NCBI GenBank assembly: GCA_043228905.1
Contig: JBHGNT010000009.1
Span: forward strand, 17,608,001-17,672,000
DNA: 64,000 nt
Source: Azolla caroliniana
Lineage: Eukaryota > Plantae > Polypodiophyta
Direction of reading: 5' to 3'
Shown here: piece after piece, positions 26,932 through 38,652 of the stretch
How the letters are laid out: each line of letters starts with the position of its first letter
How positions within the stretch are numbered: the stretch's first letter is position 1
Made by a program: the position numbers and the translations under genes
Notes under the pieces: model-generated
Told to the model about the DNA's origin: nothing
The model's database searches: none
The model's input: the letters and a program-made list of their open reading frames with translations, nothing else

Positions 26932-27392
26932 AATATAAGCACTAGCAATATTATTTGTAATTTTCCTTCGGGGAATGAACCCATTTTGTTTTACGTGTAT
27001 GCATCCCAACAAAGTGTGCTTAATACAATTAACAATTATCTTTGCAATAAGTTTGTAGATCATTAGCATGAGAGTGATTGGTCGCTAATCCGAAAAAGAT
27101 TCACATAGTTTCTTTTTGGGTATTAATTTGACCAAACCTTCTTTCCAAGAGATCAACATATCTATTTGCCATAGATAGGGTTAAATCCTTAAGGACATCC
27201 CAAAATTCTGCAATGAACTCTAACGAAATACCATCCCAACCAGGCGCTTTGCCTTTCCCGAGGCCCTTTCGAGCCTCTAAGAGCTCCTCCATTGTGAATG
27301 TTGCATCCAAAACAATAGCTTTATCAACACAAATAGTGGGTTGAACTAGTGATAATAATATATCTCTAGCCTGTTTAACTGGATCTGTAATA
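26932..27392 (-). mobile_element. L1-clade LINE, middle fragment
   Basis: KAPGWDGISLEF, TFTMEEL; continues the L1 ORF2 between the Copia and the DNA transposon. Confidence 0.85.
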
Positions 27393-27417
27393 GGGTAAAA
27401 GCATGCGAGTGGAAACA
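27393..27417 (+). repeat. Left terminal inverted repeat
   Basis: 24/25 identical to the reverse complement of 48521-48545. Confidence 0.92.
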
Positions 27418-27682
27418 CTATTATAGCTAATTAGCTACTAAAATGGCCACAACTAATTAGCTATTTGTTTAGCTAGTTTTTTGTGGGAAAATCATAAGGA
27501 TGGTTTACAAAATTTTATGTTTTATTAGTTAAATACATGTCATTTAATTTATGAGAATACTCAAATATTTGAACTTTGGTTTTTGATGTAGTGGAACATG
27601 GGGAATAGTGCCATCATCTAAGGTCGACTTGAATGTCATCAAATTCTTGATAATCCTGAGTTCTAGTTTGAACTCCAAACAG

Positions 27683-30600
27683 ATGGAGTACTCTGAGCAT
27701 GAACGTAGACGAAGCCCCCGCAGCAGCACAAAAACTCTGAGATCGACATTGCACCTTCAGAGCTATAACACACGAGCAAGTCGATCCTCGTCTAGGTATG
27801 TATTAGTTACATATTAAAAAAACTTTTTTTTTCCTTTCTGATAACTGTCTGTAACTTTGGTCCCTGTTCATCTTTCCCAAAAATCGAATAGGGCGAAGTC
27901 GTTGGAGTCACAAACAAGGATATCTCGAAGATTGGGGTGTAGCAACAGGTGTGTTTCTGAGTGACAGAATTTCATAGTACGGTTGATTTCTGCCTTTAGT
28001 GATGATTAGGGTTTGTGTTTCCCTTAAGTGGTTTAGGGTTTCTGATTACAAATTTCAGATTGCAAATTTCTGGTTACAAATTTTTAATTACAAATTTCTG
28101 ATTACTGTTGCAATCTATTGTAATTTTGCACCAATTCTCATGACAAATTCTGATTAGGGTTTCTGATTTTTTAAGTGGTTGATTTCTGATACATGCTGAA
28201 AAGGACAGATTACAAATTTCAGATTACTGTCTCAAAGTGTTGTAATATTGCACCAAATTCACATTAAAAATTCTGTTTTTGCACCAATTTTGATTACTGA
28301 TTTTCTATTTTAGGTGGCTCGTTCCTCCCTATCCTAGAGTGCTGAACTTCGCAAAATTTTGTGAGACAAAGGAAGACTTTCACAACATATATGGTCTGTC
28401 GCTCGAGGGTATTGACCCTGATGTTGTAATTGATAGATTGATTAGTGATGTAGATTGGATGTTAGTATATAAAGTGCCTAGAGTGAAAGGCAAGGTCAAG
28501 CTCAAGCATGTACGACCGGACCTGTACGACGACTGCATGAGACTGCACTAGAAAGTACATCAAGAGATCCCAGTCAACAACGAGTTGTCCGTTTCATTTG
28601 CCAGAGCTTTTGCATACGAGTATTGCAAAACAACGAAGGAATCTCATGACCCTGAAATGTACAGGGTAGCTTGGGTAATTTATGGTGAGGCATCGGTAGA
28701 AAGATGTCGGAAGATGAGGAGCTTGCAACAAAAAATGGCAAGATTTTGGAGCATGGTAGTTGATGATGCAACTGCCGACTCCCAACAAACTCGCAAGTAT
28801 ACGCCACACCGACACACAATGAAAGCCAATGTTGATGATAGAGGTGAGACATTGATTAGCTATATGCTAAAAAATGTCCATGAAGCCTGTGAGACATTGG
28901 AGTTTTTTAAGACTAATTTAGAGAAAGCAGCATTGGTTATTGCGATGGAGAGCAAAGTCACTTTGGCAGTTACAACAATCGGAAATAAGGTTCAGGTACC
29001 TATTGTTTTGCTAGTATGTAATATGTTATAAATAACTTGTACATGAAAATGTGCTATTGAGGCATTATCTGGAACTGGTTGCTCAACATGAACTTGAAAT
29101 TGAGGGGTCGCTGGATCCCCAATGGAAAATTCAACTGCAGACAGAGATTCAGGTTCTTTCAATGAACCTCGACCTTCTAGGTGTAAATACTGTCGCTGAT
29201 TACAATTTGGAAAAGCTAGAAGTAAGTTAATGATTCTTGTTTCTTGTTGTTGTATCTTCCTCATTAAGGAATAATTAATTGGTAAATTTCTCGGTTGCGT
29301 TGATAGAACAATACTCCCATCAAAAATAGGTAGTTAACTGCCTTAAGAAGCAGCTACATTTTGCGGAGGGGATTGTAAGGAGCAAACAAGAATTGGACCT
29401 GAAAATTCTTGCTCCCTTACCAAATGAAGGAGAACCAGGAAACGATATATTGACTGTTCAAGCACGTTGCATCGCTTATGGATTACGTATAGAGGACAAA
29501 TCTGCTACTCTATTGGTTCACCTAAACCATGGCAACACACATACCATATCATTTGTTTTCAATATGCCTGTCGCATTGCTGCATTCTGTTTGGGGGATTG
29601 TAGTACAACACTCCTAGATGAGTGGAGAAAACACACAGGTAAAATTGTTGCTTGTGACCATAGTGTAGCTAATTAGTTCCATCTTTGCTAATTAGGTAAG
29701 CTATATAAAGTGTAGAAACTATTTAGCTATTATGGTTATAGTGTAGTAGCTAATTACCTAACATGTAGTTAATTAGCTAAGTGGTAGCTAATTAGCTACT
29801 ACCATACTTTAGTTGAGTAGCTAATTAGCTAATTAGCTACCACTTAGCTAATTAGCTACTATCATAGTTTACTATAGTAGCTAATTAGCTACTGCCATAC
29901 TTCAGCTAAGTAGCTAATTAGCTAAGTGGAAGCTAATTAGCTACTACCATAGTTTAATACAGTAACTAATTAGCCAAGTGGTAGCTAATTAGCTACTACC
30001 ATAGTTTAGTACAGTAGCTAATTAGCTAAGTAGTAACTAATTAGCTACTACTATAGTTTAGTATTGTAGCTAATTAGCTAAGTGGTAGCTAATTACCTAC
30101 TACCATAGTTTAGTACAGTAGCTAATTAGCTAAGTGGTAGCTAATTAGCTACTACTATAGTTTAGTGCAGTAGCTAATTAACTACTACCATAGTTTAATA
30201 CAATAGCTAATTAGCTAAATGGTAGCTAATTAGCTATTACCATAGTTTTGTACATTAACTAATTAGGTAAGTGGTAGATAATTAGCTACTACCATAGTTT
30301 AGTACAGTAGCTAATTAGCTACCACTTAGCTATTTAGCTACTACCATAGTTTAGTACAATACCTAATTAGCTGAGTGGTAGCTAATTAGCTACTACCATA
30401 GTTTAGTATTGTAGCTAATTAGCTGAGTGGTAGCTAATTAGCTACTACCATAGTTTAGTACAGTAGCTAATTAGCTAAGTGGTAGCTAATTAGCGACTAC
30501 CATACTTTAGCTGAGTAGCTAATTAGCAAAGTGGTAGCTAATTAGCTACTACCATAGTTTAGTACAGTAGCTAATTAGCTAAGTGGTAGCTAATTAGCTA

Positions 30601-32813
30601 CTACCATACTTTAGTTGAGTAGCTAATTAGCTAAGTGGTAGCTAATTAGCGATTACCATACTTTAGCTGAGTAGCTAATTAGCAAAGTGGTAGCTAATTA
30701 GCTACTACCATAGTTTAGTACAGTAGCTAATTAGCTAAGTGGTAGCTAATTAGCTACTACCATACTTTAGTTGAGTAGCTAATTAGCTAAGTGGTAGCTA
30801 ATTAGCGATTACCATACTTTAGCTGAGTAGCTAATTAGCAAAGTGGTATCTAATTTGCTACTACCATAGTTTAATACAGTAGCGAATTAGCTAAGTGGTA
30901 GCTAATTAGCTACTACCATACTTTAGTTATTGTGGCTAACTAGCTAGTACCATACTTTAGTTGAGTAGCTAATTAGTTAGTACCATACCTAAGCGAAGTA
31001 GCTAATTAGCTCAGTGGTAGCTAATTAGCTATTATCATAGTCTTGAAGAATAATTAGTTAGCTAAGATGCAGCTAATTAGCGACCATGTTGTTGTAGAAT
31101 CTCGTGGATTAAGGAGGGTGCATGACCTGTCTCGTGCTGATGACGCTGCAACCGATGAGGAGATAGTTGCCAACGTGGCGGAAAGTAAGAGTCCTGCTAT
31201 CACATCTCCTTCAGATCAACTCCACCCTATTCTTTTGGAAGATGGTAATGAATTAGACAACGATGTGAAAAGCCATGAAATATTGGAAACAACATGTAAA
31301 TCTGAGGTTCACAACAATAATGTTTTTGAACACTAGATGCAACATTTCTTCGAATCCCAAAACCTTGATTCCACCCCACTGAGACCAACTACTGATAATG
31401 TCCAAACAGATCCCACTGTACTGGAAAAGCTAGTGCAAGACGCGGCTGACCTGCAAGCTGCTGCTGAGGTGATGGAAAGGTTGTCGAAGGAGGACACACT
31501 TGCACAATGGGTCAAAGAAGCAAGGCTAAATGGGCAACCAACTAGAAAAAGGCTAAAGAACGGGCCACGATCGGGGACAAGACCAGTTACTCGGTCAAGG
31601 GGCTCTTGAATTGGAGCGAAATACTTATTAGTGGGATATGATTGTTAGTGATTTTCCTTGGGTTTTATGAAGTTTTACTATGATCTATTTGGACAAGTAA
31701 AACCTCAGATTAGTTGTTGCTTGATCCAAATTATGTAATCGAACTCTATGATGTTTCTCCAAGATAATTATGTTCATGTTTCTATGATGCAAAATATTTC
31801 ATGTTCATTATGTTGTTTTGTGAGACTGTTAGTTACTTTGTGAGTGTGAATATGTTGGTGTTTTCTGATGTTGCAGAGTCTAAAGGGTTTGAATCTATTG
31901 CTCCTATGGCCGATGGTAGTGTGGAAACTGTTGATGTTGTTGCGTGTTTAGAGGGCCACATCTTGAAAGTAGATGTAGCAACTGACACAAATGATCTGGT
32001 CACGCAAGTTGATCAAGCATGTTGCACAGATGATCTGATTTTGCAGGTAGATGCAGCATGTGATACTAGTGGGCTGATATGGACCAGATCAGTATCTACA
32101 TGCATTGAGCCAATGACTAAGTCGACAACACAAGAGCACCAGAATGTGAAGCTAGGCCCAACACAGTTGATCAGGGGTTTGAAGAGGAAAAGGACACCAA
32201 TTGTGCCGACAAAACCTGAGTTGATTGTGACCTTGATCGTGTGCTACCAGTAATTGGTGTAACAGAGGCTTAGTTACATGAATGGAATCCTAAACCATTA
32301 GAAGTTGAAAGAAGAGCCTTGATCTTGGAGCTTGATAAAGTCCTGATGAGTGTGCGATATATGACACCAAGGAGGGGCGCAAATCAATTTCTGGAGTGGG
32401 CTGTGCAATATTTTGATTTGTTTATTTGGAGCGAAAAACCACGTACAGATGTGTGGAAGTGTGTTGAAAGATTCTTCCCGAAGTGGCGACAACATTTCAA
32501 GGGTCAGTGGAGACGAGAGAATTGTGAGCAGAATGATGTTGCAAGATTCAAAAGACTTTCTGATTTTTGGGACACTTGGCCATATTATAATGCCGACAAT
32601 AAGTTGATTCTAGATACAGAACATTTCCGACATTACTTCAACATTCGCAGATGCTGTCTCATTCTACTTGATGAAATGCCTAAACACTATTTGGTGAAAA
32701 CATTGAGCTGCCAACTAGCTACATGGTTGTGGACTCCATACCATGCTCGGTATGCAAATCATATATGTAGAGAAGTTCCACTGACCAGCAAGAGCTTAGC
32801 TGTTTATAGATGA
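27683..32813 (+). pseudogene. Spliced accessory gene of the DNA transposon: unknown N-terminal domain, degenerate RING-H2, FCP1/NIF-like HAD phosphatase-like domain
   Basis: Phase-compatible GT-AG introns at 27796-28313 and 29639-31097; CIA(Y)G..P(W)QHTYHIIC..CLGDC at 29468-29601; LILELDKVL..RRGANQFLEW..FDLFIWS..KRLSDFW..YNADNKLILD at 32319-32813. Confidence 0.7.
29660..31082. repeat. Tandem array of ~52-bp units, each with two TAGCTAATTAGCTA palindromes (intronic)
   Basis: Consensus AGTGG-TAGCTAATTAGCTA-CTACCATAGTTTAGTACAG-TAGCTAATTAGCTA, read directly. Confidence 0.97.
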
Positions 32814-33227
32814 TTTCAAGACATTGGTAATGGGATGTTATAAATATGTAATTTGTTACCACTTAATCAATGAAGAATTAAATTGCTTGTTTTGAGTAAC
32901 TTATCTACTGTGTAATTTTCAGAGTATGTTCAGGATTGTTGAGTTCATGATAGTGCTTTTTCTTAAAATTATGCAAACTATTTTAACTTGTACATGGTTC
33001 ACTTGAGTAAATATGTATCTCAAAAAGAAGAACCCTAAACGATATTATTAAACTGTATATCAGAAAGAAGGCTATATATAAAAATGACACACGATTTTGT
33101 TGAGAAAGAAGCACAAAAAGTAGACTGTATATGAAAAAAAAACTCCCAAACAGGTCCATTAAACTGTTTATTTGCAATACATGTGCTTTGTTTGTTTTAC
33201 AAGAAAACTAGTAATTGCTACTTGTAG

Positions 33228-34466
33228 CTACAAATTCCATGGCATACTGTTGTAAATACTTTTATATACATTAGCACTGACTATGTATAAACCTGAGCAG
33301 CTATTGTATTGCGACATTGGGACATTGATGCACCTGATCAAATGAGAGTACATGTACGTCACTGGTTTGTCTTCTAATAGCCTATACACATAATCCTAAT
33401 CATCTAGTCTTGCATAAAAAATACCTTCGATGTAGAATGTCCCGGTAGATACAACATTTCCCCAAGCATCTAATATATTCTGCGTTGCACACTGTTTACT
33501 ACCCGTGCACTTCAATATATAGAAATCAACACCCTCTGAATTGCCTTCTTCTACATTTACAACAAAATTATCCCCAACATTTAAGACATCACTCAGAGTA
33601 TCTCCACGTCCTTGATATGTGAAGTCAACATTCTTTTATGTTTCCCCATCAACTGCTTCCTTATCGTTCAATGTATGATACTCCCAATTCTGAATATATG
33701 CTTTGTTTAAACAATACCTCCAATTTCCCTGCACACAATGGAAGCAAAAACAAGTTAATGCTCTAACTGCAATACAATGACCATCCAACCTAGAATAACC
33801 GCGAACAACATGGAGAGATCGCAATTCGGGAATTCCTTGGCACTCCCAAGTCTTCTCCCTATTTACTTCATCTATCTTCACTTCCCAAAATTCACGTTTG
33901 ATATCTCGGACCTGCGAGGAATAAACACCAGTTGCACTCGTTGACATATTAGCTCTTAAAAATTCAACTACATGTGCTGCACAATTCATCTGCACACCAT
34001 CTGCCTTTAGTTGTTCATGGGTAAGTGCCTGCTTTATAACAACACTTGCACCATAGTGTTCACCTTTACCATGGCCAGACCCAAAAAACTTCCATCTCAT
34101 CTTCAAACTTGTTATAGCAGGATACCTCCCCACAAAATAAAATGGATGTCTAGCCTTGAATTGTGACGCAGCTCCATCAGACCAGACCCAATGTTGAGTA
34201 AGCTCCAAACGTTTAGCTAATAATAATTTCCAATGTAAGTTAAAAAAATGCTTGACGAACAAGGTGTCATGCTTCTTATCATCAGAAATAAAAAAATGAA
34301 TTACTTTTTAACATCATCTGAAACTTGAAAATATGTTATGTGCACAAAAATGGTTACCTGCGCTGAACACCAATGCATAGATTGAATTTCATTCTGCTGC
34401 TTGCAAGTATAATTCTTGGCGAAATCTACTACTGAGACTACTACATCATTTGGAAAATCAGGTATG
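33228..34466 (-). pseudogene. Sola2-like transposase, catalytic core and C-terminus
   Basis: VVSVVDFAKNY..QQNEIQSMHW..QVTIFVH..ISDDKKHD..WSDGAASQFK..WKFFGSGHGKGEH(Y)GAS..CFCFHC; stop at 33228. Confidence 0.85.
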
Positions 34467-34487
34467 TGTTACCGATTAGGAACACGG

Positions 34488-37400
34488 TGTCGCGAAGTTT
34501 CGCGTTCGCGTGTAGGAAGAGGCGGAAACACGGGGGTTTTGAACCAAGGAGAGAGTGAGAGAGAGAGAGAGAGAATTGCAGATACACAGAAGGAAAACAA
34601 GAGCAAGAAATAGGAATCCGATTACTATAATCTGTAGCTTACAACTCGAACAGTTACAACCGGCAAACCGGTAATGGACCTGACACGGGGTACTACTCAC
34701 GCACACAGACGACAGCCACTCGACTCGAAGAAACAAAAAAAAAAAGAAAAGAAAGAGGGGGGGAGAGCCTCTGCTGGAAGCACATGGGCTGTCCACGAAG
34801 CAGAGGCAGCGAACTCCTGACACTGACAGAGAACGACGATCGGAGGAGAGAGAGCTCGGCACTCGGTTCTACAGCAACACTTCCTCCTCGCCAACGCGCG
34901 ATCTCTTTTTCTTCCTTCTCTCCCTCCTTAAATAGTTCGCCAAGGGGGGACCGTTCTTCCCTAATCAAATCGCTTTGTTCCCTGTCCCTTTCGACAGAGA
35001 TACGCACCAATCCTCTAATAAATATGTACTACTTACTATTTACATCAGCCGACCTAATTATGAATTATGTCCACAATATCAGTTCTCGCGTCCGCTATGT
35101 AAGAGCTGGTTCATGCGCCTTTTTCTCCGATTCCGCCTATGGCTGGTTGTCTTCACGACATCCACCCCCACCAAACCGCGCATCCACCGGCATGCGCCAG
35201 AGACGGGTAGATACCGAAGAAAACCGGACTCTCCAATTCTTCCTCGGGCCCGAACTGATCGTCGTCGTCGCTCTCGTCCATGCCCTCCGGGTCCGGCTCG
35301 TCCTCGAACCGCTTCTTGAACGCTTTGATCCGCTTCCCGGCCACCGGTACCGCTAACCGTGTCCCGTCGAGTTCCGCTATGTGGTACGTGCCGTTGTCGT
35401 TCGCGCTCATCACCGTGTAGGGCCCAAACCATCTCCTCGCGATCTTTCGCACCACCTTGTGCTGATTGTCGAGGTTGTTGTCGTACACCAAGACCCAGTC
35501 GCCTTCCTCGATCTTCTTTGGTCGCAACCGGTGCGTCCGGTTGAACCGGGTCTTATTCCGCTCCCTTGCCGGCCACAGCTTTTCCTTCGCCCTTTTCATG
35601 TCCTCCGGCCTCCGCTCGAGTTGCCGAATCTGCGCCGCCAACAACTCCTCCTGGCTGATCTCGTCCTTCCAATCTACCGCCGCCCACAAAGATAACGTCC
35701 GTTCCACTGGCATGATCGGCTTCTGTCCATACATCAGCTCTGCCGGCATAAACCCTGTCACCGAACTGTGCGTAGTTCGGTCCGCCCATAGTGCGTAAGG
35801 AAGGAGCCATGACCAATTCCTGACCTGCCCTCCGCAAGCACGCACTAACGCCTTTACGATCGGCCCGTGCCCACGTTCTACCTTCCCGTTCGCCTCGGGA
35901 TTGTACGCCGTAGTGAGGGAGAGTTTGACCCCTAGTCGGTCGAACAACTCCTTAGCTTCCCGCGCATCCAGCTCTCCCCGGTCCGCCATGATCCTCCCGA
36001 CGTACCCGTACCGACACACGACCTCTTCGATCAGGAACCGACATACCGCCACGATTGTCTTGTTCTGCAGTGCACGGCCTTCCACCTGGTTCGTTAAGTC
36101 TTCCCGCGCAAGCACCAGGTATCACATCTGCCCTACTCCCATCGGCATCGTCACCGAGTTTACCATCCACTTGAAATGGACACTAGGCGGGTCGGTCGGG
36201 TGTAGCTCATCCCGATGCTAGACTACGGAGTGCATTTGACAACTTTCACAAGTCGTTACGAACCGATGCACGTCCCGGTACAGCCCTGACCACCAGTACT
36301 TCTCCTTCAGCTTCTCGAATGTGGCCCACGTTCCGCGATGCCCGGCCCAAGGACTCTCGTGAAATGCCACCAGTAATTCCTCCTGTTCTTCTTTCATTGC
36401 CACTACTCGGAGCGGGATGCCGTTTCGTTTCTTTGGGTACCTCCATATGCACCCGTCCCGTAGGAAGAATCGGTACGCCTTCTTCCGTACCCGGCTCGCC
36501 TCTTCTCTCGTCCATGCTGCGTCCGGTGTCATCGCCTGTAGGAACCTCCCGATTTGGAGCACTCCTCGTCGTACCTACTTTCGTCAAATTCGTTAAGCGC
36601 CGGAGTGTCCCCTTTCCTCGTCGTCACGTTAGCTGTCCCGAAGAAGTCCTTGCCGACTTCTTCGTCATCCGAAACCATGCCGTCTTCGTCGTTGAACCTC
36701 GCTCTCGAAAGCATGTCGGCCATGGCGTTATCTTTTCCGGAGATGTGCCGTATGTCCGGGTTCAGGGACTTAATGTACGCTATCCACTGGAGCATTGCTA
36801 GGTCCGGTGTCGCGCATCCAGAAACCATGCCGAGTATCGGCAGGCAGTCCATCTCGATCAGATAGTCCTTGTCGACCTTGACTGCCGAAACGATACCCCA
36901 AAGCTCGTGCTTAACTTGGGCGTATCCTTGTTGCCGCTCGCTCAATACCTTCGCCCTGAACCGGATCGGGAACCGTATACCGTCCTTGTCCTCCTGACTG
37001 ATTACCCACCCGATCCTGGTCGGGCTCGTGTCAACCGTCACGCAAATGGGGACATCCTTGCCGTAAACCGCTTTTCGGAGAGCCGGTGCTACCGTAAGCG
37101 TCTCCTTTAGTCTCCGGACCGACTCTGTGTGCTCTGTCCTCCACTCAAAGCTACGCCCCCTTTTCAATAGTCCGTAGAGGGGTTCTACGACATGTGTGTA
37201 GTGCGGGATCCAAGAATCTGCGGACCTCCATAACCAACCCACAATCGTTCCTCATTGCGGAGATGGCCTCTACCTTTGCCGCAGACGGTTTCCTACCATA
37301 AGGCCTGCACAGGTGTCCAACCACCAAGATCTCTGACTGCCCAAACGCCGATTTTTCTCCGGAGAAGGTGAGTCGTGTGCTCTCGAGCCTCTGCAGCACC

Positions 37401-38652
37401 TTCTCGCAGTCGTTGATGTGGTTCACGACGAACCTCTGGCATCCGTCTGGCCCAACAATCTCGTCCACATCTTCCACCGAACACCCCTTTATCGAGATGT
37501 CGTCCAAGAATGGCATGGTGATGCCCGGGATGCAGTCCCTCAACACTTTGTTCATTGCGTTCACCATATGCACCACCGAATTTGTCCCGCCTTGTGGTAG
37601 GGTACACATCCGTACTAGGCCGAGAGGAGTTCGCATCGTCGTGATATCCTTGCTCTCCATGGCTAGCTAGAACTGGTCGTACCCCGAGTATAAGTCACTG
37701 ACCGAATAGATCGACCTTCCAGCGAACGCCTCCACGAACTCGTCTATGGTCGATCTGATTCCTGCATTACGGATGGTCACCCTGTTGACCGGTTGCAGGT
37801 CCTGAATGAAGCGCAGCGTGCCATTCTTCTTCGGCACCGTAAACCACCGATTCGAATATGGGGCACTCGACAGTTCGAGGATGCCCATCTCCACCTTTTG
37901 CTTCAGAAGCTCCATCAACTTCGGGATGTGAGCTGTCGGCACCGGAATCGATTTGAGATTCCACGGTACATACGGTACCGTGAAGATCACCATCGGTTCG
38001 ACAATCGTCGGGTCCACGCACCTGATCTCCTCCGGCGAGAACGCAAAGGCTTTCCCATGCCTTCTAAGCATTCTCAGAAACCTGTCCTCCTTCGCCGGTA
38101 GTAGAAAGCCACCCCCACCGACCTTGAGCTCCCATAGCGTTATGTTAATGAACCGGTGCCCTATGCCAGCTGGATTCCGTAAACTTGGGTCCGACGCGAC
38201 CCCTTTTATCCGCTCCTCGCTGCCCTCCGGCAAGGGTGCCACGACTGGCCTCACCCTTCGGTCCATAGTCTTGTACTTTGCATCTACACGGGCCGTCCGA
38301 TCCGACCTGATCCTTTCCTCGAAGTCCGCGATGACTTCGTACATTCCCATCGAACTAACCGGAACGGTCCGGTCTTCTCTAAGGTCTTCACCGATCACCT
38401 TTCGCAACTCGCCCAAGGTGTCGTCAAAATAGACCGCCTCTAGGGCGCCGCTGATTTCTTCATCGGGGGAGAGGACTCCACATCCTCTGAGGTGCTCCTT
38501 TGCTCGCTTCCTCTCCTGGCTGCTGACGCCGGCTATAGTACAAACTCCGCTTTTGGAGAACCAAAACTTCCTACCTACTGTACATGTGTGGGGTTCTTCC
38601 GGTACGTTCGGACTACCACGGCCCCACGCCTTGATAGCCCTCTCTAAAAATC
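34488..38652 (-). mobile_element. Gypsy element (same family as 59349-64000): pol and 3' LTR, nested in the LTR of the previous element
   Basis: LTR at 34488-35160 (TGTCGTGA..TTCGCGACA on the - strand); PPT GGGGGTGGA; RT DLYSGYDQF..PFLDDI; RH VDTSP; INT ADRGE..YNPEANGKVE, WFGPY. Confidence 0.92.

Noticed and set aside
28000-28165. TTAGGGTTT motifs as interstitial telomere
   Set aside because: Isolated single units in an intron; at most telo-box motifs, not an array.
29660-31082. CRISPR-like array of palindromic repeats
   Set aside because: The spacers are themselves repeated rather than unique, there are no cas genes, and the context is eukaryotic.
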